64,000 nucleotides of DNA from Podarcis vaucheri. Taxonomy: Eukaryota. Within the stretch, counting starts at the first letter, position 1. Every line of letters starts with the position of its first letter. A model generated the notes under the pieces. That model was given only the letters and a program-made list of their open reading frames with translations, had not been told where the DNA came from and did no database searches. Below are positions 48,088 through 61,750 of this stretch, piece by piece. A program made the translations under genes and the position numbers. The stretch lies in assembly GCA_965113315.1 (NCBI GenBank), contig OZ220376.1; one strand, 5' to 3'.

Positions 48088-48447
48088 CCGTATTTTTCGC
48101 TCTATAAGACACACTTTTTCCCTCCTAAAAAGTAAGGGGAAGTGTGTGTGTGCATCTTATGGAGCGAATGCAGGCTGTGCAGCTATCGCTGAAGCCATAA
48201 CAGCAAGAGGGATTGCTGTGCAGCGATACCTCTTGCTGTTCTGGCTTCTGGGATAGCCGCGCAAAGCCTCTTCAGGCCAACAGGAGCGTTCCTCCCAATG
48301 CGCTGAAGAGGCTTTGTGTTGCTTTTGCTGAAGCTTTGCATTGCTTTCTTCAACAACATTTGATTCAGAATATTTTTTTTCTTGTTTTCCTCCTCTAAAA
48401 ACTAGGTGTCTTATGGTCTGGTGCGTCTTATAGAGCGAAAAATACAG
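48088..48447. mobile_element. Tc2/pogo-like MITE
   Basis: TA|CCGTATTTTTCGCTCTATAAGAC ... GTCTTATAGAGCGAAAAATACAG|TA. Confidence 0.88.
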
Positions 48448-49836
48448 TACATAGTGATGATAGATACGGAATTGTTATACTTGTTCTAAATGTCTGGCTT
48501 GAACAATCGCTAGTGCATTTAGGACTGCCTTCTCTGTAATTTCCTATACGCACCAGTGCTGTAGAATCTCTCCCCACCCCCCTCGATTCAGTGAAGTATA
48601 TTATCACACTCCTTTCTTTGGTTCTTTTGCTTATAGGGTGAACTATCTATCTGGTAATTTCCTCACTGTTCTCACCTTTCTCCTACATAGTAATTCATTC
48701 ATCTAATTAGCCACTTGGGTTCTGCTATCAAGCATCGTTCCAGGCATGGCTAGTTCATTCAGCGCATGCTAATCACCTCTGCTACACAAGTGGGAACAGA
48801 AGGTCATGACACATCTTGCCAAAGCCAAGTCCCTCTGGGGCCGAGGGCTGACGACGCTTGATCTGACTTACGACCTCATGATCAGAGCGGGTTACGGTTG
48901 CCTGTCCTGGTGGCATTTGAGCCAAAGGCACTTGTGACTCCCCCTCCAAACCTGACGCCAGGTAGCGATGGAGGAGGAATTCAATCTCCTCCTGCATTTT
49001 AATGAGGAAGAACCTAATTTGCATTTTGCAAAGCAACAGGTAAAAGAAACTGAATTATCCTTCGAAGTTCACCAAATTTCTCCATTTTTCGCAATGGAGA
49101 TCTCCAACCCAGCAATGTGTGCAAAAATTCATATACTGGAGGAATGTGTGTGTAGAAATGGATACCTATAAAATTTGGCAACTCTTGGCTTTCTCAAACC
49201 AGCAGGGTCTCGGGCAAATGGTTCTTCCCATCACCTGCTCCCTGATCCTTTTCAGCTGCAGATGGAGAAGACTGAACCTGAGACTTTTTATATAGCAGGT
49301 GTGTGCTCAACTAAAACTAGCTTTTATGGCTTGGATTTTGGCCAAAAAAAATTCCTCAAAAGCTCATCTACTCCTCCCTTTTGACCCATGAATTCTTCCT
49401 TTCTTCTCTACTCAATTTCAATATGACACGTGACCCTTTCAAACTCAGGTCAAAGTGAAGCTGGCTCCACAATTAAACTCATCTTCAGAATTGGATTTAC
49501 CAATATGGCATAGCAAGCTCAATCCAGGATGCTGATGGTCATACGCAATAGCAAGCGAGACAGAGAGAGGTCTCTATTTGTGAGTTTGTGTGTCCATCGG
49601 TGTGAAGGAGGGAGAGGAATTTGTGCCTGACACGGAGGGATGAGCATGATCCCATAGCCCAGCCTTCCTTAACCTGATGTCCTTCAGGTGATGTTCACCT
49701 ACCGTCATGCCTGACCATTGGCCGGGCTTAGTATCTCTATTGATGGGAGTATCTCTATTGATCACCAACACCTGGAGGCATCAAGCTAGAGAAAGCTGCT
49801 TTTGATCTCTTTCCATCTTTCCAGAGAAGGACACTC

Positions 49837-50316
49837 TTGCCACAGTTCAAGAAGGACACTGACAAACTGGAACGTGTCCAGAGGAGGGCAACCAAAATGG
49901 TCAAAGGCCTGGAAACGATGCCTTATGAGGAACTGCTAAGGGAGCTGGGCATGTTTAGCCTGGAGAAGAGGAGGTTAAGGGGTGATGTGATAGCCATGTT
50001 CAAATATATAAAAGGATGTCACATAGAGGAGGGAGAAAGGTTGTTTTCTGCTGCTCCAGAGAAGCGGACACGGAGCAATGGATCCAAACTACAAGAAAGA
50101 AGATTCCACCTAAACATTAGGAAGAACTTCCTGACAGTAAGAGCTGTTCGACAGTGGAATTTGCTGCCAAGGAGTGTGGTGGAGTCTCCTGCTTTGGAGG
50201 TCTTTAAGCAGAGGCTTGACAACCATATGTCAGGAGTGCTCTGATGGTGTTTCCTGCTTGGCAGGGGGTTGGACTCGATGGCCCTTGTGGTCTCTTCCAA
50301 CTCTATGATTCTATGA
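49837..50316 (+). mobile_element. Young CR1 LINE 3' end
   Basis: Intact ORF2 C-terminus [25 protein letters not shown]...[11 protein letters not shown]...[12 protein letters not shown], with (ATTCTATG)n tail. Confidence 0.93.
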
Positions 50317-51135
50317 ATTTGATTTCACTTGTAGTGTAACTATTACCATGGACAATGTGGACTGATATGAGTTTGGAAGAAGATGCAGTTTTAAATATTT
50401 AAATTAGGACTCCAGGGAAGGGGGATGGAGTCCTGAGATTCGGAGAAATCTCTGCATATGGATATGTATTTGGATTTTTATAACTTTTTATTGGAAAAAT
50501 CAAATAAAAATGATTTTTTAAAAGAGAGAGAGAGAGAGAGAGCCAGCTGCTTTCTCCTGGTCTAATTCTTAGTTCCAGTGTTACACCCAGGGAGGGGGAG
50601 GGGGTGGAGAGCCCTCCAAATGTTACTGGTCTACAAGTTCCATTAGCTCCAGCCAGCATAAGCAGTGGTGAGGGATGATGGGAGATGGGGTCCAGCAATA
50701 TTTTGAAGACTACAGGTTTCCCATCAATGTCTTAACCAGGAAATTTAGGAAAATCAGCCTCAGGCTTATGCCAGTTAAGGATCTGACCTTTCTAGCATCA
50801 GGACTGAGCTGCACAGAAATAAAATCCTTACTGTGTTGGGTCACAACCAGCACTGAGTTTCCAAGGCTACCTTTCTAGAGATCTCTAAATATGAGAAGTT
50901 ATTTGAGCCCCAGCTACTTTTATAGGCTGATGGTTTTCACTGGATTAACTGCCACATCTTCCTGTCAAGGAATAGCAGGAATGGTACTTTTGGGAAGATG
51001 CATGAAATTACCCGATGGAGTTCCTGGGGAGCCTAGGGAAGAAATCATGACAGCCCATCACAGACAGGATGAATTGCTTATGACACCTCCTGTTAGGTTT
51101 ATCAGTTTGGGCTCTTAATGTAATCCCTGCTAGCA

Positions 51136-51151
51136 CCACTAGGGGGTGCTA
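51136..51151 (+). promoter_or_regulatory. Candidate CTCF site in HCN4 intron 6
   Basis: CCACTAGGGGGTGCTA closely matches the core consensus CCAC(C/T)AG(G/A)(G/T)GGCGC. Confidence 0.5.
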
Positions 51152-51729
51152 TGTGTCCCATACAGATGCTTCTCCCACAAAAGCAGTGTGTATATGTAAA
51201 AAGTTAGAGATAAACCCACTGGCTTGGCTGTTATATTGTAATGTTATTTGCCTTTTGATTCTGGTTGTTTTTGGTATGGAGGTAATAACTGATATGGAGA
51301 TAATAAATCAAATCTAGTGAAACAAATGATTAGGAAAAAATGGGATTTATGGATAAGCTCACAGCATTATGCAGTACATTTTAAAAAATGCATTGGTATT
51401 ATAAAAGTGAGGGCCTGTTGTTCAATATATTCAAAATGAATTTGGGTATAAATGACTTAGGAGTTTTTATTCAACATTCTCTGTTCACTAATGCAAGAAT
51501 TCTTGTGCTGGAAGACTGGTGAGTTTCAATGCTGCACAACAGAGGACACCAATGCAACAGTTGTGCTAGTGAAAATTTGTTGTGCAACAGATTCTACAAC
51601 CTGTTGGGCAACAAAGTAAACTGCTTGTGCCTTCTTTTTGCACAATAGTGTTCTGCTGGTGCAAAACGTTTCTGCTAAGCGACTTTAACTTAGGGCTCCA
51701 TTGGATGCAACCCTGTGACACTACATTTA

Positions 51730-52088
51730 AAGGTAAAGGTAAAGGGACCCCTGACCATTAGGTCCAGTCATGACCGACTCTGGGGTTGTGGCGCTCATCT
51801 CGCTTTATTGGCCCAGGGAGCCGGCGTACAGCTTCCAGGTCATGTGGCCAGCATGACTAAGCTGCTTCTGGCGAACCAGAGCAGTGCACGGAAATGCTGT
51901 TTACCTTCCTGCCGGAGCGGTACCTATTTATCTACTTGCACTTGGACGTGCTTTCGAACTGCTAGGTTGGCAGGAGCAGGGACTGAGCAACGGGAGCTCA
52001 CCCTGTCGCGGGGATTTGAACTGCCGACCTTCTGATCGGCAAGTCCTAGGCTCTGTGGTTTAACCCACAGTGCCACCCTCATCCCTAA
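51730..52088 (-). mobile_element. Sauria SINE, full length
   Basis: TSD ACACTACATTTA at 51718-51729 and 52089-52100; (ACCTTT)n tail. Confidence 0.92.
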
Positions 52089-52100
52089 ACACTACATTTA

Positions 52101-52424
<324 letters not shown>

Positions 52425-52558
52425 TTATTTGCTTGTTTAAACCAGGGGTGGTGAGTCTGAGGCCTGGGAGCCTAATGTGGCCCTCCAGACCTCTCAGCCA
52501 GGCCCTTAAAACTCTTCCCAGGCTGCACCCACTCTCCCCATCCAGAAAAAAGGAGATA

Positions 52559-52784
52559 CAGTGGTACCTCAGTTTTTGAGCATCTCGGAAGCTGAACGTT
52601 TTGGTTTTCGAACACTGAAAACCCAGCTTCCATTTTCGAACGCGCCTCAAAAGTCAAACGGCTTCCACTGTGTGTTTTTCAGTTTTCTCAATTGAAATCA
52701 AAATTCTTCCTCTGTGCCTCGGTTTCTGAACGTTTTGGAAGCCGAACAGTCTTATGGGGTGGTTCAAAAACCGAGGTACCACTG
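52559..52784. mobile_element. Tigger/pogo-like MITE in HCN4 intron 5
   Basis: TA|CAGTGGTACCTC ... GAGGTACCACTG|TA. Confidence 0.88.
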
Positions 52785-53012
52785 TACGCTTCTTATTTTA
52801 AAGCTGTTGGGATTTTTCCTTCCCTCCTATGTGGACATTCACAGATTTAACCAATCAGCAGGTTAATCAACTTAACACAAAGCTGCGAGTTGATTAATCT
52901 GTTGACCTCTTGCTACGTTTTCTTTAATAGAGCGACACAGGCCTAACTCTTTAGTGTTCTGGACACACTCTTCAGTCCCCAATGGGGTCCCCCCTTGTTG
53001 TGTAACCCCTCA

Positions 53013-53261
<249 letters not shown>

Positions 53262-53489
53262 CTAGACACCCCCCTCTCCTGGGACTGCAGGAAGCCATCG
53301 CATAGCGTGTCAGAAGCTGTTTCAGAAAGAGTCGGGTCAAATTGGTCCAGCGTCCCAGAAACCTAGTGCCAGCCTTGCCTACGCATATTCAGATGTAAAT
53401 CCCACTGTGTCCAGTGAAGCTCTGGTTTGCAGCCTTGACTGACTTTTATAGGCTTGGCATAAAGAGGCTGAAACCCACAGCGACCAATC

Positions 53490-53535
<46 letters not shown>

Positions 53536-53869
53536 TTGTTTATACCCCGCCCATCTGGCTGGGCTTCCCCAGCCACTCTGGGCGGCTTCCAAAAAATATT
53601 AAAATACTGTAATACATCAAACATTAAAAGCTTCCCTAAACAGGGCTGCCTTCAGATGTCTTCTAAAAGTCTGGTAGTAGTTGTTCTCTTTGACATCTGA
53701 TGGGAGGGCGTTCCACAGGGAGGGTGCCACTACCGAGAAGGCCCTCTGCCTGGTTCCCTGCAACTTGGCTTCTCGCAGTGAGGGAACTGCCAGAAGGCCC
53801 TCGGCGCTGGACCTCAGTGTCCGGGCAGAAAGATGGGGGTGAAGACGCTCCTTCAGATATACTGGACCT
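53490..53869 (-). mobile_element. L2 LINE 3' fragment
   Basis: Highly similar to 47496-47957; (TTA)n tail at 53490-53534. Confidence 0.85.
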
Positions 53870-54567
53870 AATGACCTAATCTAATGATGCACACTCACAA
53901 TTTTTTTTTAAAAAAAACACATCCCTAAAGGCAAAGAGAGGGAATTGGGGACAGTGAGTAATTTAAGAAGACCACCCAGAACCAGATCGTTAGTGGCGAT
54001 TGCTGGTAAAACCAACGAAGAGGCAAGTTGAAGACTATCAGATGCATAGAATAATCCACCAAGAGTGGTGGTGGTGGACTTGTAAGCAGCTACTTCAGAA
54101 AGGAACTGGGGGTCAGGGAAGATAAGGGAAATGCAATCAGAGCCAGAATGTATGCAAGACAAAGGCCAATGATAAGCCTAGAGGCTCCAGTGTTGGACTG
54201 CAACTCATCAAGAAGTTCAACTCCATGCATCTGGGCCTGAATACAGAAAATGGTTTCCTTTCCCACCAAACGTGTTAATTAAATCAGCGCTGCCAAGTTG
54301 ATCGTTTTAATAACTACCATTGCTGTGGTAAAGGGTCAATTATAGTTCATTAACAAAACAGAGAATTTTTTTTGTCACAAAACATTTCGGCTTCCAATTG
54401 CTTTGAAATCTGAGGGTTATACTTCATGCATTTGTGAAGTGGACTCAAGGTGATGCATAAAAATTGTTAGCCTTTAGGCTCCTTGTTGCCTGTCTGGAAA
54501 TTCTTCCTGATAAATATTTATGGGCAGTTGGTTATTTTAGTACCCAATGAATTGTTGCTATGGTTGC

Positions 54568-54613
<46 letters not shown>

Positions 54614-54619
54614 ATATAC

Positions 54620-55075
54620 CATAGAAGAGCATAAGGAGAGTCTGATGGATCAAGCCAATAGCTCCTCTAGTCCAACTAGATCTGCAAGCAGGATCTGAGA
54701 GCAACAGTACTCTGCCCACTTGCTGTTTTCAGCAACTGGTATTCAAGAGGAGCAATGTCACCAACAGATGAAACTGGAACATAGTCATCATAGCTACTAG
54801 CCATGGATAGCTTTATCCTTCAAAAATTTGCCTAATCCTCTTTTGAAACCACCCAAGTTGGTGGCCACCATTGCCTCTTGAAGCAAATTCCATAGTTCAA
54901 CTATGCACTGCATTTCTCTCCCCCGAGTCTTCCAACATTCAGCTTTGTTCAGTGTCCATGAGTTCTTCTGAAAGAGGAAGGATAAAAAACTTTTATCCTT
55001 CAACTTTCTCCATGCCAGGCATAGTTTTCTAAACTCTTACTCGCATTTTCTCTGAACTAAGAAGTCCCCAAAGGG
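54620..55075 (-). mobile_element. Degenerate CR1 3' fragment
   Basis: ORF-like WNLLQEAMVATNLGGFKRGLGKFLKDKAI on -, homologous to 9608-10030 and 61330-61750. Confidence 0.65.
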
Positions 55076-55922
55076 AGCAACGAGACACCTCTTCTTTACA
55101 GACAAGAAGAGAACCCACAAGGCTGGACATCATCTTGAATTTTCTTCCCTTCACTGAGCCCCAAAACCCATTTTGGGGACAGATCTGCCCACAGCCCTTC
55201 TCTTAACTTTCTAGAATATATTCGCTTAGTTGGGAAGGACACATGTCGAATGCATTCTTTCTGATCTGTTAACGGTGGAGATGTTGGGGAATGCCGGTGG
55301 GAAGCCACACAAAGTTTTGAGGTTGTTAATTAAATAAGTATTTATTAGAACCATGGAACAATGCGCAATTATTAAATTGCATACTTGAAAATGTAGCACA
55401 TGAGAAGACATGCACCCTGTGGACCTGTTTCGTGTCCCCCTGTGCCATCATTTCCTGCCCTGGAATGAGGCCTCTGTGCAGGGCAGAATATCTAAAAAGC
55501 CAAGGCAAATCACAAATCTGCCTGGAAGTCATGACCTCAGAACACCTCTTCTCAGCTATGTGGAGGCTAGTTATAATTGCACAGTGGTGCGGGAGAGGCA
55601 CTTTGCACATGCCCAAGGGCACACTTGCAGAACAGATCTCTGTATGACTAATTAAGAGCATTTTCCCCAAAACGACTCATTAGAATGGATGTAGCTTATT
55701 ACCACATCCCATGGCCCAGGGTTGAACCCTAGCTTGAAAAAAACGAATTCTAATGCATGACGCATCCTGGCTCGGATTAAACTCTACCAGTGTTTTCAGT
55801 GTTGCATTTTCATGCATTTTAAAGACCCATCTGTCTTTCATACGAACATAGGAAGCTGACTTATAATGAGTCATACCGTGGGTACATCTACTGCAGATCT
55901 GTCTACACTGGCTGGCAGCATC

Positions 55923-56430
55923 TGTGACGTTAACATATGAGAGTGCTGGAGGGGAAACAGTTAAACAGGTTACCCAGTCAGGACCCAGGAGGTGAAGTCA
56001 GAGGGACTATAAAACCAGCTCTGGGAGGGGCGAAGGGAGGAGTTCGTTGGGAGCTGGGTGGTTGGTTGGAGTGGGAGTGAATTGGGATAGAGTCTGTGGG
56101 TAGGTTGAGTTAGTGTAGAGAAATAAGTTGAGTCAGGAACAGGAGCTAGGAAGACAAGTAAATATCTGAGAGGTGGTTTAGTGAGTGAGAACAGGTAGCG
56201 GAAGTTATAGGTCTGGATAGGCACCCCATGATTGTAATTGGCCAATACCATTTATGAAACCACACGCTTGTTAAACCGCAATATGTAAACAAAAGTTTAT
56301 GTTCCAATTTAAACCTGGCTGGACTCAGTATTGTAACAGGTATGGCCTGGGTGGTGGCAGCGAGAAATAAAGTGGTGGCACGGGGATCAATAAACGGTGA
56401 AACATCCAGGGACTCTGTGTGTTCGCCACA
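55923..56430 (+). mobile_element. Solo LTR (508 bp)
   Basis: TGTG...CACA termini, 5-bp TSD GCATC at 55918-55922 and 56431-56435, TATAAAA 56008-56014, AATAAA 56366-56371 and 56389-56394. Confidence 0.85.
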
Positions 56431-56481
56431 GCATCTCCTCCAGCCCTACCTGGGGATTCAACCTGAGGCTGTGCTCTAACC

Positions 56482-56616
56482 CAGCCTTTCTCAACCTGTG
56501 GTTCCCCAGATGTTGAACTACAACTCCCATCACCCCTAGCTAGCAAGGCCAGAGCTCAGGGATGATGGGAGTTGTAGTCCAACAACATCTGGGGACCCAC
56601 AGGTTGAGAACCGCTG
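56482..56616. mobile_element. Palindromic hAT MITE
   Basis: TIRs CAGCCTTTCTCAACCTGTGG / CCACAGGTTGAGAACCGCTG, 8-bp TSD CTCTAACC at 56474-56481 and 56617-56624. Degenerate relatives (actacaactcccatc motif) at ~24070-24370, 38780-38905, 50600-50720 and 58150-58935. Confidence 0.88.
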
Positions 56617-57797
56617 CTCTAACCCAAGCTAACAACCTGTCTACTTTCAAACACAGCCCTTCAATTACAGCAATGAAGGGTCAAACTATATGTTCCACAT
56701 AACTTTCCCTACTCCAGAAGCAGCCACAGACATTAAGTTCTTGAATAGGGCATTGCAAGTGAAAGGAGAAGAAGGGGGAGCTTAATCTTTTCCAGGAGGT
56801 GGGTTTCTCCCCACCACCAACCTCTGGGGAAAAGATACCGGACCCTTACTTGGCCACAGAGTTGCATTGCCAATTTTGGAGTGCAAATTTCAAAGGGGCT
56901 GTGTTTCAGCTCACATATTGTTTCAGAAACTGCAGGTTTGAAAGATTCAGCATTAAATGCAAAGGGAATCACATTTCTCCATCCCTCTACACCATTCTCT
57001 GCAAACATGAGTGTTACTCATTTGCTGCTGGGATGGCCTGTTCTAGCATGCCTTGCATGATAACCACCTGATGAAGCCAAAGATCAGGGAAGACGGCTTA
57101 ATGTATTCAAGGAGGCATAGTGGGGGCTGATGGGGTTTCCTGGAACTTCGCTGCCTCTTGTCTCGAGCCGCCCACAGCTAAGATGGTCAAGAATATTCAT
57201 GAGTGCTGCCACTAATGACCCCATTCAAATGGTTCACCTGCATTCTTAGTGGCTGGAAATCAATTACACTGCTATTAACTAATGGCTCTCTGTTGTAGGA
57301 GCACCTCACAATGCTAACATTGTTCTCAGTGTCGGATGTGCCTCTCTCAGGAAAAAGCAATATGGCCTCCTGTCAGCCGCCTAGATGCCGTTTTACGGGC
57401 ATCTCTAAAACTACAACATTGTCTCTCCAAATAGCAAACTGGGACACTAGGGTATTGCTAGCTACTTAAAAGTACTTAGGACTATGGTTGTTGGAGCAAC
57501 TTGATTGAGTTTGCATTTAAAAGCAAAGAAGTATACACACTTCTTGAAACAGGACAGAACTGAAAGGCGGCCCATCTTTTGAAATTTGCACTTCTGCGAA
57601 TTTTGCAATGCAGTTCTGCAGCCAAGTCATGTGTACAAAAATGCATACACCAGGGTAAAGTGAGGAGAAACATGCATATATTGGTGAAAGCAGCCTACAA
57701 AAATGCCTTATATTAGGGGAATGCTGCTTTGCAAAAAAAGGTGTGGCTTAGGAGAAATTCACACTAAAACACTGGTGGATTTTCATGGGGATGTTTT

Positions 57798-57798
57798 G

Positions 57799-57838
<40 letters not shown>
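57798..57838. repeat. (AATC)n microsatellite
   Basis: About 10 units. Confidence 0.9.
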
Positions 57839-57839
<1 letters not shown>

Positions 57840-59802
57840 CAAACTGAATTTAAAATTGGAAAAAAGAGGAAAAAAGAGAAACCAAACCAATAGATTGACC
57901 TATCCCTAGTGTGAAGGCATGTTTTCATCTCTGAACTTGATTCCGGAGAATAGATAAAGAAAGAGCTTTAAAAAACACATCGGAAAAACTTGACAGCATC
58001 AGAACCTTGTACCAGGTAAGTGCCGTAATTCTTCCTGTTGCCTCTTCCTTGTACACGCAGGGCAGTCTCCTGCGGATGCTCAAACGAGGGTGACAGAACA
58101 GTTCTGTGAATATTTCCCCCAAAGTGGTTCAAGGCTAGCCAAAAGAGCTGGAGTCCTAAACACCTCAGGACTCCAACTCCCATCAACCCCGTCCATAGGC
58201 CACGCTGACTGGGACTGATGGGAGCTGAAATCGACCAACATCTGGAGAGCACTGCATTGGCTAGCCTTGCCCTAGGAGCATCACACATTTTGCTCATCGT
58301 CCTGCCTTGCATTCTTGGCCAAAGCTGAAGAGCTCAGCTATGGCAGCAGATGGAGAGGAGAGAATGGGGCTTCAGATAAGATGGCTTGATGAAGAACACA
58401 CATTTAAGAAGTTCCTTTACTCTAGCCTTCCCCAAAGTGGTGCCCTACAAATCTTTTGGGCTACAACTCCCATCAGCCTCAGTCAGCTTACATAGAAAAT
58501 TTGACATTCCATGAAGTGAGTGGTATGACTAGTTTTGAGCTCTTCTCCCTGAGATACTTTTGGTCTACAGTTTTTTAAATGAGGGCAGAAGTTCACAATG
58601 TGACCTTCCACTTGCAGAAATAAAGAAATAGCAGAGTCAAGGAAGGGCTTACCATGTGATCTTTCTGAATGTGCATTTTAGCTCTAAGATACCCAGAGAA
58701 CAACTCCCAGGCAACCCATCACTGCTGTCTCCAGCAGGGACAAGATGATGCAAAGATGACTTCTTAACACCCCTTCTTTTTTCTGTTTCAGATGCTCTGC
58801 ACCAGACCTTCTCAGTCTGGTGCCCTTCAGATGCAGTTGAACCAAAAGTCCTGCCATCCCTGACCACTGGTGGTGTTGGCCATTGCAGAAGGGAGTTGTA
58901 ATCCAAAACATCTACTGAGCACCTGGTTGGGGAAAGCTCTGGTTGGTCCACTCAGCTGCAAACCTTTTGAAGCTACGCTGTTCTGCTTAAAATATCCTTG
59001 GATGCATACATGTTCCTAAACTGAATGGTTGGAACTGTAAATCACCCAGTGTCCTCATTTCAAACAAGGCTATTCAGAGTTCCAGCAAGGCCGGCTGGAA
59101 GTAAATATTCATTAGGTGTAGGCCATCCTTTGCCCCATTGTCTCCCACAGGAAATTGAATAATCTCTCTTCTCGGTGGCTATATTTCTTCAGACACGTCT
59201 CGTGAGACACCGTTCGATGGATCTGCTTATGCCTGAAAGATATCCTGACACAATGGGGTTGGATCCATGCAGGGCTATGTTAGCATAACGTTCCTGTTCT
59301 CAGGTGTTTGCTTTTCATTAAAACCCACCCTCCTCCTCCTTCCTCTTCCCTTGAGATCTGTCGCCTAGGAATCCATCCATCACCATTATTGACCTGGATC
59401 AAGCCAGAAAGGCAAGCTCTACAGCTGACTTCAAAATCGGATCAAACTTTTAAGGAAACACTCGCCTAATATGATTCACATAGCTTTTCCCTATTCACAG
59501 TGCTCTTCCTGTATTTAAGGATACTCTGGGTGGGATTCGACGTAAAGTTAAGTGGGCTATGCATGTGTAGAACGAGGTTCGCTTATGCAACATGAAATTT
59601 TCCCTCTCCCCTCCTCCTGTATACCTCCTAAACTTTGGGCTTTCCCTCAAACCTCCAGAGCAGATGTAGGGGGCACGGCGTGGGGGTGACATAACAAAAA
59701 AAATTCCATTGTGTGAGCAGACTTTGCTCCACTCATGAAACCACTTTGTTGTATCCCACCCAAATGGTCACTATTTAGGGGTGGGATTAAATCACCTATC
59801 AG

Positions 59803-60453
59803 CAGTGGCGTAGCGTGGGGGGTGCAAGGGGGGCCGGCCGCACCGGGCGCAACATCTGGGGGGGGGGCGCTCGCACTCGCAGCTCTCTGCCCCTACCTGG
59901 CTCACTCACTCTCTCTCACTGCAGTGCTGGCTGTGCGAATCCGATCCGAGCCGCTGGGTCGCCACCCACTGTGGAGGGGGTGGGTGCCAGGCGTGCGGTG
60001 CGGAGAGAGAGCGAGGGACTATCTGGGGGAGGGACAGTGCAGAAGAAGAAGAAGAAGAGTTTGGATTTGATATCCCGCCTTTCACTCCCCTTCAGGAGTC
60101 TCAAAGCGGCTAACATTCTCTTTTCCCTTCCTCCCCCACAACAAACACTCTGTGAGGTGAGTGGGGCTGAGAGACTTCACAGAAGTGTGACTAGCCCAAG
60201 GTCACCCAGCAGCTGCATGTGGAGGAGCGGAGACACAAACCCGGTTTCCCAGATTACGTGACTACCGCTCTTAACCACTACACCACACTGGCAGCGGTCA
60301 CCCAGTGCAGCGCTGAGCGCGGGAGAGAACCACACCACACCAGACCAGACCAGGCAGCAGCAAGAAGAAGCTGGCAGCAGCGGCAGGTTAGGGGTTAGGG
60401 GGTGCAAATTACTTGCCTTGCCCCGGGTGCTGACAACCCACGCTACGCCGCTG
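59803..60453. mobile_element. hAT non-autonomous element containing a nested SINE
   Basis: TIRs CAGTGGCGTAGCGTGGG / CCCACGCTACGCCGCTG, 8-bp TSD CCTATCAG at 59795-59802 and 60454-60461. Confidence 0.9.
60041..60291 (-). mobile_element. tRNA-derived SINE (Squam2-like)
   Basis: Near-identical to 36325-36622; (CTT)n tail. Confidence 0.8.
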
Positions 60454-61329
60454 CCTATCAGCAATCTCAGGTTGCACAATTGCAGCTGACTTCTAGCTCT
60501 TGGGCAAGGAACCCCCCTTCCCCTCTCCCCCTGATGTCGATAAGGAAAGTGATAGAGAAATACGCTGGGAAGTGTAGGGTAACTTTTGCTCGATGCAACA
60601 TTGTCTAACCTCCCCATAAACATCAGAACAAATCAGAACCTTTTGTAAGCAAATCATGACCAGATGCTCAGTAAAGAGGTCATCTGGAAGCAGCCTTATT
60701 ACCCTGATAATTGTATTGTTTTATTCTTTTTGTAAACCACTTTGAGGTTTTCTACAATCAGGCAGTGCATTTCATTTTATGAAATGAATAAGTAAAATAA
60801 GTAAGATTCTCTCCCACTTTGGTTTCAGGCATAATGTAAAGTGCTGCTTCTGATCTTTAAAAAGACCTAAACAGGCTGGAACCAGAGCAACTGAAGGTTC
60901 TCTTGCTCCTGGGTAAACTGAGATGATCGTCTGACACACCACTTCAGGCACCATCACCTGCAGAGATCAAATGCATGGCTACTGAAGAGAGGACTTTTTC
61001 TGGGATCCTAGGAAAAGCTGTTTTCATAGAATTTCAGTGGGGAAGTTGATTTGTTTGGTTAGTTCATCTGCCACTGACTTTTCAATTGCTGCTCTTAATG
61101 TCATTGTTGATGGGCATGTCTTCCAGTTCTATTCATATAGTTTTAATGTTTTTTTCAATGAAAGTTTGCTAAGCCATCTTGAACTGCAACTATGGTTGAA
61201 AGGCAGTGCCTGGTTTATCATAATAAATCAATGCAGAAAAGGAAAATTGTAATAATGAAGGAAGATTTGGTATCTGAGGGGGATAAATATTTGATACACA
61301 CACAAGCTAATTTTGCCCTAGCAACTAGG

Positions 61330-61750
61330 AAGCCCAAAGAATTGGACATAAATTTGCCTTGCAAAATGGTGTACATTGTGCTGGGGACGCTCTATGGAGA
61401 AAGCAGATAGATACTAGTTTTTCTCCCTCTCAGGGACTCTAATTGAAGAGAACATTGGAAGATTCGGGACAGAGAAAAGAAAGGACTTCACACAGCACGC
61501 AGTTAGACTATGGAATTCTACAAGGGGCAATCATGGCTTGGATGGCCTTAAAATAGGATTGGACAAATTCATGGAGGAGAAGCTACCAGTGGCTGCTGGT
61601 CATGATACATATACAATACATTTGTGAATACCAGTTGCTGGAAACAGCAGGATGAGATGGTGCTATTGCACACAGGTCCAGCTTGCTGGCTTCCTGGATC
61701 AGGCAACTGGTTGACCTCTGTGAAAACAGGATGTTGGACTACAAGGGCTT
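61330..61750 (+). mobile_element. Degenerate CR1 3' fragment
   Basis: aggattggacaaattcatggaggagaag...aaacaggatgttggact. Confidence 0.55.

Noticed and set aside
60386-60400. Interstitial telomeric repeat
   Set aside because: Only two TTAGGG-like units, inside a transposon.
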